Below, in pieces: positions 1-10,079 of a DNA stretch of 38,018 nt. Each line of letters opens with the position of its first letter. Position 1 is the first letter of the stretch. The position numbers were made by a program, and so were the translations under genes. This DNA comes from a virus. Taxonomy: Duplodnaviria > Caudoviricetes. Location: positions 1-38,018 of the IMG/VR virus record IMGVR_UViG_3300029318_000026; one strand, given 5' to 3'. The notes beneath the pieces are model-generated. The model was not told the DNA's origin. It made no database searches and saw only the letters and a list, made by a program, of their open reading frames with translations.

Positions 1-77
1 CGCGCTGTCTTCCAGACAGCCACGCCAGACGCTATTGTTGTCATGGAGACCACAGCCAACGGCTTGAACCATGCCCA
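1..77. repeat. Terminal overlap, left copy (circular assembly)
   Basis: Bases 1-77 are identical to 37942-38018. The 77 nt length matches a common de Bruijn k-mer and the repeat falls inside terL, so the unit genome is 37941 bp. Confidence 0.95.
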
Positions 78-1122
78 TCAGTTGTGGACTGATAAGAATG
101 GATACAGCAAGGTCTTCCTCCCGTGGATGCTTTCTGAAGAGTACCAGCTAAAGGAACGCCCTGATGCGTTCCGTGGCAAGATGACCAAGTGGCATGACTA
201 CGCCAAAGAGCACAACCTAACCAAGTATCAGCTTTGGTGGGCGTTTGATACCTATCGAACCAAGTGCGGAAACAACTGGCAGACGTTTCATCAGGAGTAC
301 CCAGCCACCGCTGAGGTGGCGTTCATCACGTCAGGTGAGCGGTACTTCGATGTCATCTATCCGCATGCTAAGGCATCTACTGGGTACAGGGAGTATGCGA
401 AGCCTCAGAAGTATCATGTATATGCGATGGGCGTGGACACTGCTTCGGGCTCACCGTCTGGGGACTTTTCTACGTTCTGCGTTATGGACATTACGAACAA
501 GGAGAAGCCGAAGTGCGTCAGCACCTACTACGTCAGAGTCTCGCCAAGCGAGTTCGCAGCAAGGGTCCTAGAGGAGGCGAAGAAGTGGGATGCTCTGGTG
601 GTGGCGGAGTCCAACTCCTACGGACTAAGCATCATCGAGCACCTCATCGGAGAGGGTTACGCAAACCTCTACAGGCGCACCAAGTTCGATAAGATGGCCA
701 AGCGGTGGAAGGAGGAGCTTGGGTTCGTGACCACGGTCGCCACTCGCCCTGTCATCCTGGCCAACCTGCACAAGGCACTGTCCGCCGGCAACTTGGTTGT
801 TAACGATGACCGCATGAAAGCAGAGATGAACACTTTTGTTTACGGCAAGGGTGGCAAGCCCCAGGCAGACAGCGGAAAGCACGACGACATGGTGTTTGCG
901 TGGGCTCTGGCGTTGGCTGGAGTAGGCCAGATAGACGCTGTTAAGCAGGAAAAACTGTCGACTAGACCCACCAGTTTGCGCGAACTCTTGGCATATGAGC
1001 GCGCAACGGGTAAGGTCTTCGAGGAGGAGTGGGTAGCTAGTGAGGAAGAATCATTAGACATTCTCTCCCAAAATGAACTCGCGCAAAAGCGCGTCAACCC
1101 CGCCAAGATTCCACGGCGTTAA
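1..1122 (+). CDS. terL: Terminase large subunit, C-terminal part (continues in frame from 37438)
   Basis: Motif III ETTANG, then nuclease-domain motifs MGVDTASG..GDFST, VVAESNSYG and HDDMVFAWALA, typical of T4 gp17-like terminases. Open from base 1 in the same frame as 37438. Confidence 0.93.
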   Translation, partial: RAVFQTATPDAIVVMETTANGLNHAHQLWTDKNGYSKVFLPWMLSEEYQLKERPDAFRGKMTKWHDYAKEHNLTKYQLWWAFDTYRTKCGNNWQTFHQEYPATAEVAFITSGERYFDVIYPHAKASTGYREYAKPQKYHVYAMGVDTASGSPSGDFSTFCVMDITNKEKPKCVSTYYVRVSPSEFAARVLEEAKKWDALVVAESNSYGLSIIEHLIGEGYANLYRRTKFDKMAKRWKEELGFVTTVATRPVILANLHKALSAGNLVVNDDRMKAEMNTFVYGKGGKPQADSGKHDDMVFAWALALAGVGQIDAVKQEKLSTRPTSLRELLAYERATGKVFEEEWVASEEESLDILSQNELAQKRVNPAKIPRR

Positions 1123-1134
1123 AAGGAGCTAGAG

Positions 1135-2094
1135 ATGGGTTTACTAAGCGAAGAGAAAGCACAGGAGCTGACTGAGAAGCTGGAGCTTGGATTCTCCGGG
1201 CAGAGTGAACCTGCGTCCGTGACCGAGGACGTAAAGCCAGAGGTCGAGGCTGCACCCGCAGCCGAAGAGGTGGCTGAAGCCCAGACTGAGACACCGGAAG
1301 TGCCGGCTGATCAGGGTGGGGCAGAGGCCCAAACCGGCGAGAGCGAGGCGAAGACAGAGGCTAAGTCAGACAGCGGCGCTGACGAGGACGACTCTTTGCC
1401 ACCGGGCCACCGTGTACCGTACAAGCGGTTTAAGAACGTTCTGGAGGCGCGCAACAAGTACCGGCTAGATGCCGAAGATGCTGCTGCACAAGTCCAGTTG
1501 TTCAAACAGCAGGTAGAGGCAATGCGCAACGAGGTTGCGATGATGCGGAACCTGCAACCAGCCAAGCCGGCAGAGAGCGAAGTAGAGGTCTCCGACGAGC
1601 TCGATAGGCTACTGAATGGCAACCCAGACCTTCCGAAGGAAGTGAAGGATAAGATCGCCATGATGGAGGCTCGCCTGCACCAGCAGGAGGTCCACGCTGA
1701 GCGGATTCGTCTTCGGCAAGAGGTCGCCGATGTCACCGATAAGTATGACAAGAATCTCACTACAGACCTTCAGCAAGTTCTCTACAGCGCCGTACAGCGT
1801 GATCCGAATGTAGACTTAGATCAGGTGGCAGAGCAGTACACGACGTGGGTCGCTAAACGCGAAGAAGAGGCGATTGCTCGGTATCTTGAGAAGAACCCCG
1901 GTGCATCTGTTGCAGAGGCCGAGGCTCAGGCTTCCGAGGCGTCGTCAGGCGTTCCTTCACGCCCAAAGCGTGCAGGGACGGGAGCGTCAAGTGTTGCTCG
2001 AACCGCTGACCGCAAGTCTTACAGCACGATCAAGGAGGGCACAGATGCCCTCTTCAAAGCCATGGAACGTGGCGATATAAAACTCTTCGGTTAG
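1135..2094 (+). CDS. Capsid scaffolding protein
   Basis: Acidic, low-complexity N-terminus, RVPYKRFKNV followed by a coiled coil, directly upstream of the capsid gene, RBS AAGGAG. Confidence 0.72.
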   Translation: MGLLSEEKAQELTEKLELGFSGQSEPASVTEDVKPEVEAAPAAEEVAEAQTETPEVPADQGGAEAQTGESEAKTEAKSDSGADEDDSLPPGHRVPYKRFKNVLEARNKYRLDAEDAAAQVQLFKQQVEAMRNEVAMMRNLQPAKPAESEVEVSDELDRLLNGNPDLPKEVKDKIAMMEARLHQQEVHAERIRLRQEVADVTDKYDKNLTTDLQQVLYSAVQRDPNVDLDQVAEQYTTWVAKREEEAIARYLEKNPGASVAEAEAQASEASSGVPSRPKRAGTGASSVARTADRKSYSTIKEGTDALFKAMERGDIKLFG

Positions 2095-2107
2095 GGAGAA
2101 ATAGAAA

Positions 2108-3451
2108 ATGGCAGCGACAATCGGAACAGTGGCGAGCGCCGGAACGCTCGGCCCCATTCTTAAAGATTTTTACATCGGTCCTCTACAGGAGCAATTAAAC
2201 AACGAGGTCATGGTCCTCCAGATGTTTGAGAAGGCCAAGATTTCCTGGGCCGGTCGGCAGGGCATTGTGCCCGTGCATGTTGGCCGTAACAGCGGCGTTG
2301 CCTTCGCCGCTGAGGGAAGCACTGGTGCTGGCGGTGACCTGCCCACAGCGGGCTCACAGACCACCAAGCGCTTGAGCTTCGAGGCTGCGTACCTTTACGG
2401 TCGCTTCGAGGTGACTGGTCCCGCGATTGCTTCGGCAGCCAAGGGCGGCACCGCGAGCTTTATCGGGGCGCTTGAGCTTGAGATGGATAAGCTCAAGGAC
2501 GATATTCGCGATCAGGCTGACCGGTCCATGACCAGTGGCGGTCGCGTTGTCGGGTTCCTCAACCAGCACAAGAACGAGGCTGGTGCTGCTACGTGGGAGT
2601 TCGCAGGCGACTTTGCGAAGATTGCCAAAGCGTATGCCGACAAAGGGAACAACGTTGATGTTGCTGTTGTTGATTGCTCCAATAACACCTTGTCTGGCGA
2701 TGCTGTGTCCTACGAGCTCATCACGACTTCGGCGGCCCTCGACTGTGCCCACGCTGGGTTCAACCCAACGAACGGCACGGTTCGCCTTACCAATGCGCTC
2801 AACACCACCACGGTGGCGGACGGGTACGCATGCGCCCTGGTGATCAGCGATACGGACGCAAAACTTAACTATCTTGACCAAGAGCCTATTGGTATCTACG
2901 GAAACCTTGGCGGTGAGCTTTTGTTTGGGGTTGATCGCGGCTCTGTCGCTGGCGACGCCATGCAGCTTCAGTCGGTCATCGTCAACATGGACCAAGACAA
3001 CTCTGGCAACGGCGATGGCGAGGCTCTGACGCTTGCCCGTATGCAGGAGGTGATTGACGGCATCAGCATCACTAGCGGCATGGAGCCCGATGTGATTCTG
3101 ATGAACCCGCTCGATCGCGCCCAGTACATTGGCTTGCTCCAGGGTAACATCCAGATGAACTCACAGGGCACTGCCCAGTCAGGTGATGGCGGGTTCTTGG
3201 GTCTTTCCTACGCTGGCATCCCGATTAAGGCGGCTCGCAATGTGGACCGGGGCCTCATCCTCTTCCTCAACACGAAGTGCTGGAAGCTCGCAGTCCTTGA
3301 GGATGGCAAGTTCGCTGACCTCGATGGCTCGGTGCTCTCCCGCGTGAGTGGCAAGGATAGCTTCGAGGGCTTCTACAAGTGGTACTACAACCACTACTGC
3401 TACCGACCCAATGCTCAGGGTGTTCTGACCGGCTTCCCGGTTCGATCGTAG
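2108..3451 (+). CDS. Major capsid protein (HK97 fold)
   Basis: 447 aa. ILKDFYIGPLQEQLNN, GVAFAAEG..LPTAG, ALELEMDKLKDDIR, ILMNP and C-terminal CYRPNAQGVL resemble phage MCPs; follows the scaffold gene; RBS GGGAG. Confidence 0.88.
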   Translation: MAATIGTVASAGTLGPILKDFYIGPLQEQLNNEVMVLQMFEKAKISWAGRQGIVPVHVGRNSGVAFAAEGSTGAGGDLPTAGSQTTKRLSFEAAYLYGRFEVTGPAIASAAKGGTASFIGALELEMDKLKDDIRDQADRSMTSGGRVVGFLNQHKNEAGAATWEFAGDFAKIAKAYADKGNNVDVAVVDCSNNTLSGDAVSYELITTSAALDCAHAGFNPTNGTVRLTNALNTTTVADGYACALVISDTDAKLNYLDQEPIGIYGNLGGELLFGVDRGSVAGDAMQLQSVIVNMDQDNSGNGDGEALTLARMQEVIDGISITSGMEPDVILMNPLDRAQYIGLLQGNIQMNSQGTAQSGDGGFLGLSYAGIPIKAARNVDRGLILFLNTKCWKLAVLEDGKFADLDGSVLSRVSGKDSFEGFYKWYYNHYCYRPNAQGVLTGFPVRS

Positions 3452-3452
3452 C

Positions 3453-3656
3453 ATGGCTTTTCTCCACGACATCCTACTCGTCCTCCTCCTTGCGGGTGGG
3501 GTGTTCGTGGAGGTACAGTTGGCTAGGTTTCTGGCCACGCTGAGGCGGGTGAAGGAGGCGGAATCTGACCACCTCCTGAACCCCGCTTCGGTTGACCCCA
3601 CCCCTTCTGAGATATTTGAGGTGTTGTATGGAGCCAATCACAGCGGGACTACTTAG
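3453..3656 (+). CDS. Small protein with N-terminal hydrophobic segment
   Basis: Starts 1 nt after the MCP stop; hydrophobic stretch ILLVLLLAGGVFV. Confidence 0.55.
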   Translation: MAFLHDILLVLLLAGGVFVEVQLARFLATLRRVKEAESDHLLNPASVDPTPSEIFEVLYGANHSGTT

Positions 3657-4008
3657 CGCAGCCCCATCATTGCTAGGCGCGCTTTTCGGCGCACTGGCTC
3701 CAAAACCAAAGCAGCCCCTCCCCATGGCTCCCTCTCTTATGAGTGGGGAGCGTTTGCAATTGGGGATGGAAGAGCCGCGCCAAGGACCCTCGCCTGGGCA
3801 GCTAGTCCTCGATGGCCTCCTCTCTGGAGGCCTTGGGGCGCTTGGCGCATACGCACAGCAGCCTGCGGCTGATTCAGGCATGTTATCCCCTCGGCAGTAT
3901 GCCGCGCAGCAGTCGCTTGGCAACATGAGGCTTGCTTCCCCATTGCTCGAAAGCCCCCGGTCTAACTACACCTTCCAGACCGGACTCGGTAGTCGCGGAG
4001 CCTTTTGA
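3628..4008 (+). CDS. Hypothetical virion protein (Gly/Ala/Leu-rich, possible pilot/ejection protein)
   Basis: ATG at 3628 with GAGGTG RBS; MEPITAGLLSAAPSLLGALFG start; stop overlaps the portal ATG (TGATG). Confidence 0.6.
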   Translation: MEPITAGLLSAAPSLLGALFGALAPKPKQPLPMAPSLMSGERLQLGMEEPRQGPSPGQLVLDGLLSGGLGALGAYAQQPAADSGMLSPRQYAAQQSLGNMRLASPLLESPRSNYTFQTGLGSRGAF

Positions 4009-5924
4009 TGCCTGAATATCCAGACAACATGGGCAGCCAGATTGAGGCTTCCCGCAGTGACAAGACCACCTATGGTCGGATGTGGGACCTCTGCACGATG
4101 TTCCTCGAAGGGCGGCAGTGGCTGAACTATGACCGAGACCGAGCGGCATACCTTATTAACCAGCGCGCTAGGCCTGACGGCAGTCAGCGCCAGACGGTTA
4201 ACCTGCTTCTCAACATCTACCGGAACATCATGGCTCGGCTTACGCTGAGCTATCCGTCTATCGCGGTCATCCCAGCATCTCCATCGAACGATGACATCAT
4301 CAAGGCGAAGAGTTCTGAGATAGCGCTGCGCTACTACTGGACCCGAGAGGACGTCCAGGACAAGGTTCATTCTGCATTGCAGTGGTTGTTGGTGACTGGC
4401 ACCACTGCAATGCATACTTACTACGACGCTGATGACGACGTCATTCACAGTGAGCCCATCAGCCCATACGACCTTTTCTTCGAGGATAAGGTCACCAACC
4501 CTGATGACTCTCAGTGGGTAGCCATCCGCAGTTATCACGTCAAAGAGGACGTTGAGGCCGCTTACCCGGACAAGGTGGACGACATGTCCTACTCCGGGGG
4601 GAGCAGTGATGACTCAGGTTTGGACTACGAGCTGCACACTGTGCCTGACAACCGCGTAGAGTTGATGGAGGTCTACTGGAGGGATGGGCGCCACGCCATC
4701 CTCTCTAACGACGTGTACCTCTACAAGGGCACATGGAAGACCAAGACCTTTCCGGTGCAGATTATCCGCTACACAGAGGTGCCTGGGCGTCTCTGGGGCA
4801 TCGGCCTGATGCAGCCTCTCTTGGACCTGCAGCGTCTCTACAACGAGCAGCGCACTCAGGTTGTGCATAACGTCAAGCTCATGGGTAATCCCAAGTGGGC
4901 CATCCCTAAGACAGCGGGCGTCAACACTTCGTCGATGACCAACCGCCCAGGCGAGAAGATTTACTTCAACCCTGCTGGTGGCCCTCCTTCTCAGATTCAG
5001 CCGGTTCCTCTGCCTGGATATGTTTTGGACAGCATTACCCGCACACAGGCAGAGATGCACGATGTGGCGGGCATCCACTCGGTGAGTCTTGGTAAGCGCG
5101 CTGTTGGTGTTAGTTCTGGCAAGGCCATGCAGGTCTTGGCTGAGCGTGATACGTCACAGCTTCAGGAGACTCAGACCAACGTGGAGCGCGCCATCCGAGA
5201 GATGGCTAAGGTTGTGCTTGAGCTGATGAAGGCTCACTACACTGAGGCTAAGATGGTTCGCATGCTCGACCAGACTGGCCGGGTGCTTTACCAGGCCATC
5301 AGTTCAGAGAACATCGTGGACAACCCAGAGGTGTTTATCGAGGCAGGCAGCGCCTTCCGCTTCGATGCTCGCGACCGTGATCAGCACGTGATGGAGTTGT
5401 TCCAGGCTGGGTTGATTGACCCAGAGACAGCCATGCAGGAGCTTTCCTTCCGCACTGGCAACGCCTACATCACTGAGAAGGTTCAGGGTCTGTCTCACGC
5501 CAAGAAGCTGCTTGAGGCAACCAAGCAAGGCTTTGAGATTGAGATCTTCCAGTCCGATGACATCAAGTCGATGCTCAAGGTCTTCGCCGACTTCGTACAT
5601 ACTGACGATTTTTACGCCCTACCCGACGAGCGTCAGTTGTACATCAGAGACGTGGTGGTTGCCCTCAGCAACCCCATGGCGACTGCCGAGGAGTTCATAA
5701 AGGCTGAGACGATGCAGAAGGTGTTCCCACGCCAGTTGCCATCCCCAAGCCAAGCCCAGACTGTCCAGAGCATCCTGGCGGCACAGTCGCCTGAGACTCA
5801 AGGGCAGATGGCCGAGGCTGCGGTCGGAATGGCACAGCAGCAGGACGCCATGGAGGCTGCGCAGTCCAACACTGCGCGAGGACAAGAGGCTCTGATTAGC
5901 CCAGTATTCGGGGGTATCGGATGA
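4008..5924 (+). CDS. Portal protein (P22/podovirus-like)
   Basis: ~638 aa. FLEGRQW, WLLVTGT, ISPYDLFFE, PGRLWGIGLMQPLLDLQRLYN, SGKAMQVLAE and a Gln/Ala-rich C-terminal tail match the P22-like portal pattern. Confidence 0.88.
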   Translation: MPEYPDNMGSQIEASRSDKTTYGRMWDLCTMFLEGRQWLNYDRDRAAYLINQRARPDGSQRQTVNLLLNIYRNIMARLTLSYPSIAVIPASPSNDDIIKAKSSEIALRYYWTREDVQDKVHSALQWLLVTGTTAMHTYYDADDDVIHSEPISPYDLFFEDKVTNPDDSQWVAIRSYHVKEDVEAAYPDKVDDMSYSGGSSDDSGLDYELHTVPDNRVELMEVYWRDGRHAILSNDVYLYKGTWKTKTFPVQIIRYTEVPGRLWGIGLMQPLLDLQRLYNEQRTQVVHNVKLMGNPKWAIPKTAGVNTSSMTNRPGEKIYFNPAGGPPSQIQPVPLPGYVLDSITRTQAEMHDVAGIHSVSLGKRAVGVSSGKAMQVLAERDTSQLQETQTNVERAIREMAKVVLELMKAHYTEAKMVRMLDQTGRVLYQAISSENIVDNPEVFIEAGSAFRFDARDRDQHVMELFQAGLIDPETAMQELSFRTGNAYITEKVQGLSHAKKLLEATKQGFEIEIFQSDDIKSMLKVFADFVHTDDFYALPDERQLYIRDVVVALSNPMATAEEFIKAETMQKVFPRQLPSPSQAQTVQSILAAQSPETQGQMAEAAVGMAQQQDAMEAAQSNTARGQEALISPVFGGIG

Positions 5925-6580
5925 CAACGGCAGAACTCATAGTCAAGTTCCGTCAGTATATTGACGAGCCTGACCAGACCTTTGTGTCTGACTCGGACGT
6001 GTCAACCTACCTAGCCGATGGCTACCGTGAGTTCCGCAACATGGTGTGCGACATCAACCCGGTGATCTACAACACCACACAGAACATCACGCTATCCAAT
6101 GCGATTAGCCACGACCTAGCCAATGTTGACCCGAAACTCCTGGGCGCTAACGCAATCGCAAACCCTGGCCGCATGGTCAGGCTTAACACCATCGTGAAGC
6201 GCAACTCTGAAGGCCGGATATCAGAGAGGCTTGAGGCGGTTAGCAACGAGCAGGCACTAGATGTTGTGCCTTGCAGCTACTACCTGGCTAACACCATCCT
6301 CAGGTTCAGCACTCGGCTCACAGGCACTTACGAGGTCAACTACGTGCCAGAGTCTACTGTCGACTGGACTGACGGAAACCCAAACTTCATCGACAATCTA
6401 ACTCCGTTTCACGACTTGATTGCGCTCTTGGCTTATCGCCAGTACGCCATTGTGGATGGCGCTGAGAGCGAACCAATCCTGAGGCAGGCTGCCACGCGCA
6501 TGTCTGAGTTCAGAGAGTACCTGCAGGCAAGAGCCTACGACGGCTACGACTATATCCAAACCGTTCCCTGGTATAGCTAA
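5921..6580 (+). CDS. Putative head-tail adaptor
   Basis: 219 aa directly after the portal (ATGA overlap); MTTAELIVKFRQYIDE..YLADGYRE and FHDLIALLAY resemble adaptor proteins. Confidence 0.65.
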   Translation: MTTAELIVKFRQYIDEPDQTFVSDSDVSTYLADGYREFRNMVCDINPVIYNTTQNITLSNAISHDLANVDPKLLGANAIANPGRMVRLNTIVKRNSEGRISERLEAVSNEQALDVVPCSYYLANTILRFSTRLTGTYEVNYVPESTVDWTDGNPNFIDNLTPFHDLIALLAYRQYAIVDGAESEPILRQAATRMSEFREYLQARAYDGYDYIQTVPWYS

Positions 6581-9447
6581 TGGCTACCAAAGCCCAAGAG
6601 GTACAGGTCCTCAGAGACGGCATCCAGGCGAACGCACCCACACCAGGGTCGTTCGCTTTGAACATGCTGTTTAGCAACAACTGCTGGCAAGTGCGAGAGG
6701 GCTTTGGTCAGGTCACTCAGTTCGACACTGAGATGTCCGCCATATTTAGTGGGTACGAGAATTCTGAGTGGGGATTCACTAAGCACCTTGGGTCGCACCT
6801 GATTAAGACAGGCTTTGGCAACCTCCAGATGCTGTCTGTTTTTCTCGCAAAGGTTATTTCCTCTGAAGCTGGTGGGCCTAACCTTGCCTCAGTATACGCA
6901 CCCTTGAAGGACATATACATAGCCAGCGTATACGACCTGACTACCAACGAGCGCTTTGAGGTGCCGCTATACCCGCACACCAGCCAGACCGCTGTGGCTT
7001 CAAGTTACAATGATGCGGTCCCCACCGCTCTTGGTGGGCGCGCAACAATCTCAGTGTCCCCAACCAACCTTGACGACCTTTTGCCCCAATACCAAACATG
7101 CAAGAGTGAGTCCTACGAGGCGTGGGTCCAGGCAGAGGATGAGTTCTTTTATTTCAAAGAGTTCGCTGACATCCTCTACTTCGGCAACAAGTACACTGGC
7201 ACATGGGCGTACTTGCCGTCGTCGTTCAATGGCACGCGCAAGACCTTCATAGACAAGTTCAACCTGCGCGACTACGCCCTGTCCTACGGCGAGTCGAGCA
7301 TGATAACACCTGTGGTGCTTAGCCCTGGCATCAACACAGATGCCTACGCTTACTTCAGAACCGCAGACATGCCTAACGCTGTGGACATTGCAGTGGTGTC
7401 CGGGCGGATGGTTTACGCGGAGGGCAACACGGTCTTCTTTTCGGACCCGTTTTATCCCAACGCCATTGTAGGCGACAACTTCGTGCAGGTGCCTTCTGAA
7501 GAAGGCATCACAGCGGTGGCTGAGCACAACTCAAACCTGATGATATTTACAGCCAACGAGACATGGCTTTACCAGCCTTCCGTTGGAGACCTAGCTTCAG
7601 CCGGTAGGATTAGCCGTGTGAGCGACACGGTGGGCTGCGTTGGGCCTAACGCAAAGTGCCGCATGGGGTCGGCTTTGGTATGGGTGGATACAAGCGGTGT
7701 GTACCAGACGACGAGCGGGCTCAACATGAGCCGCCTGTCGGACGATGTGCTTCCATTCTTCGAGAGGGAGGGGATGACCAATCCCCTCACATCTTACTTT
7801 GTGGACCATGGCAAGGCGAACCCGTCGTTAAGGGAGCAGCCGACTACCACGCTGAGACTGAAGCCAGAGGGCGTGAAATGCACCTACGTCGCATCGATGA
7901 ACATGCTCTCGATCTGCGTCCCAGACCTGAGCGGCGCCCTTGTATTGAGCGGCGGGAAGTGGTCGTGGTGGACATTTGAAAGCATGGTCGCTCGGCTGGG
8001 AGACTCCGCCGTAGTTGGTGTCAGCCAGAACCTACCCGCACCGTGGGTGCTGAACTACCAAGACGACATCTTTGCTATCGCAGGCCCAGATGTCCAGGCG
8101 CTAACTGACGAGGCTGTTGACGTGTCTGGCTCAGACATTAACTTCGACGTCACCTCACGCTCGTTCTTCATCATGGAGTACGGCAGAGGCGGCTCTATTG
8201 ACCGCAGCGTCTCTGATGAGGATGACCGCAAGATAACAGGCTACGGAGCGTATACGCCTGGAGCAGGAACAGGGGCCACGCCTCTTGGTGGCCTCTACTT
8301 GCACGACCCAATCAAGGTGCCCGTTGGGTACGTGTTCCCGTCTGGGGTCACGACAGCCACCACCGATGATTACATCTTGGTGTTGTTCAGCATTGTCCTT
8401 GGTCAGTCCATGGACGTAGACACCATCGAAGTCGACCTTGCGTTTGATAACACCCACTGGAAACCAGTGTTTAACCACGCGACCAACTCCACAGTCGACT
8501 TCCTGCTCCCAACAGAGCGCCTAGCCAGCGCAGCAGGGTGGACCACTAGCGGCAGTCATCTTGGCAAGGTCCAGGTCTTTTCCGACTCAGGAATGACCAC
8601 TGCCGACCAGGATGGCAAGTTCCTCAAGGTCAAGTGGGACTACGTCTCTACATCAGGGTACCAGCACGCTCCGCACATGAACCTTAACGTCCTCAGGGAT
8701 AACCGGCTTATATACGTGCCCTTCAAAAGAATATCAGCAAAAGCTGACGAGGACACGAGTAGCATGGGCTGGTCAGTGCTTACCACCCTAGGGACCACCC
8801 ACTTCACCGTTACTGATGACAGCGCCGGAACAACCATACGGCCTGGGGTCAACATCTTTAACAGGTGGTCCTTGGCAACAACCTCGGTGCGCAAGGAAGA
8901 CTCTGTCGCCCAGCCTGTAGACTGGGCCTACAAGTCCACCAACGTGGGCCTAGAGGGCGGCAACCAACTTAAGATGCGCGGCCTCTACGCCAACCTGCTA
9001 AGCCACGGCACGGGCACAGACAAGCTCGACAGCGTCTGGCCCTACGGCACATTCAACACCCTAGTAGGCAGCGACCGTAAAGAGTGGATGACCCAGGTCA
9101 TCGACGCCACCCCAGCACAAGCCGCAGTAGAGCAGGTGGCCGGAACCAACACACTGCGCACTAGGGTGCAGAAGAGCAATGGGGCCTTGGTTGACAAGGT
9201 GTTCCAATCTGGCGGGACTGACATTGTGTGGGCCAACAAGGACGCGACTGGTTCTGCAACGGCTGATGGCACGGTCTTAATCGGCGATGAAGACACGAGC
9301 AATATAGCTGTGAGCATGTCGGTCAAGGGTGAAAGCTTCAGCGTAATGAACTTCGGGTTCATCATGAACCGAGCCGAAAAGCTCTGGCTTGAAGGCGTCA
9401 AGGCGGTGTTCCGAGTGGTCGGCGGTCGCCGCAGAAGGGGCCGCTAA
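6580..9447 (+). CDS. Putative tail nozzle / tail tubular protein
   Basis: 955 aa after the adaptor; beta-propeller-like segments (VFFSDP, EGITAVA, LMIFT, VGCVGPNA, LVWVDTSGVY) typical of P22 gp10/T7 gp12-like hubs. Confidence 0.68.
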   Translation: MATKAQEVQVLRDGIQANAPTPGSFALNMLFSNNCWQVREGFGQVTQFDTEMSAIFSGYENSEWGFTKHLGSHLIKTGFGNLQMLSVFLAKVISSEAGGPNLASVYAPLKDIYIASVYDLTTNERFEVPLYPHTSQTAVASSYNDAVPTALGGRATISVSPTNLDDLLPQYQTCKSESYEAWVQAEDEFFYFKEFADILYFGNKYTGTWAYLPSSFNGTRKTFIDKFNLRDYALSYGESSMITPVVLSPGINTDAYAYFRTADMPNAVDIAVVSGRMVYAEGNTVFFSDPFYPNAIVGDNFVQVPSEEGITAVAEHNSNLMIFTANETWLYQPSVGDLASAGRISRVSDTVGCVGPNAKCRMGSALVWVDTSGVYQTTSGLNMSRLSDDVLPFFEREGMTNPLTSYFVDHGKANPSLREQPTTTLRLKPEGVKCTYVASMNMLSICVPDLSGALVLSGGKWSWWTFESMVARLGDSAVVGVSQNLPAPWVLNYQDDIFAIAGPDVQALTDEAVDVSGSDINFDVTSRSFFIMEYGRGGSIDRSVSDEDDRKITGYGAYTPGAGTGATPLGGLYLHDPIKVPVGYVFPSGVTTATTDDYILVLFSIVLGQSMDVDTIEVDLAFDNTHWKPVFNHATNSTVDFLLPTERLASAAGWTTSGSHLGKVQVFSDSGMTTADQDGKFLKVKWDYVSTSGYQHAPHMNLNVLRDNRLIYVPFKRISAKADEDTSSMGWSVLTTLGTTHFTVTDDSAGTTIRPGVNIFNRWSLATTSVRKEDSVAQPVDWAYKSTNVGLEGGNQLKMRGLYANLLSHGTGTDKLDSVWPYGTFNTLVGSDRKEWMTQVIDATPAQAAVEQVAGTNTLRTRVQKSNGALVDKVFQSGGTDIVWANKDATGSATADGTVLIGDEDTSNIAVSMSVKGESFSVMNFGFIMNRAEKLWLEGVKAVFRVVGGRRRRGR

Positions 9448-10079
9448 TGCCCAACTACGGCATATACAGCAAGCTCCTGAAGTTTGACCGCACACCCGAA
9501 GAGGCCAACGACGCAGCGCACGACCAGGCCATTCAAGAGACTGTTGCAGGCTTAGAGGTGCTGCCCAAAGGCAGCATCCTCGACGAGTCCAAGATAATCA
9601 ACAACACGTGGACTCTAGGCGGGGGCGCCTACCCGTCGTTCACGCATGAGGCTAATCAGAATGTGATTAGGGGACTGGCTGCAAACACAATCATATCAAG
9701 GCGTTGTCAGATAAACGGACACGCGTCTGTGTTTGGCGTGACCTTTACGGATGATAACCAGCCGGATGCAACCGAGCTTGTCCGCATTGGTCCAGGCGCA
9801 GCCGTCAGTTTTGTGAACTGCATATTCCGTAGGTCAGATGCAAGCACGGATAACATCGTCTTTGTGTCTGATCAGGGAGCAGGCTTGGCAGCAGCCACTG
9901 CTTCCTTTGTGGGCTGTACGTTCATAGAGGGCGGCGATACTACGATAAACAATGAGTCTGGGTCAGCCTTGCTGGTGCAGGCCATTGGTTGTGTCAACCT
10001 AACCGGCAACACGAGACTTGACGGTACGACCGCACCTGCTGCCGCTGTTATTACCGAGACAGGGACTATTGGTGCCTAA
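9447..10079 (+). CDS. Tail-associated protein with beta-helix-like repeats
   Basis: Repeats VSFVNCIF / ASFVGCTF / VFGVTFT; translationally coupled within the tail module. Confidence 0.55.
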   Translation: MPNYGIYSKLLKFDRTPEEANDAAHDQAIQETVAGLEVLPKGSILDESKIINNTWTLGGGAYPSFTHEANQNVIRGLAANTIISRRCQINGHASVFGVTFTDDNQPDATELVRIGPGAAVSFVNCIFRRSDASTDNIVFVSDQGAGLAAATASFVGCTFIEGGDTTINNESGSALLVQAIGCVNLTGNTRLDGTTAPAAAVITETGTIGA

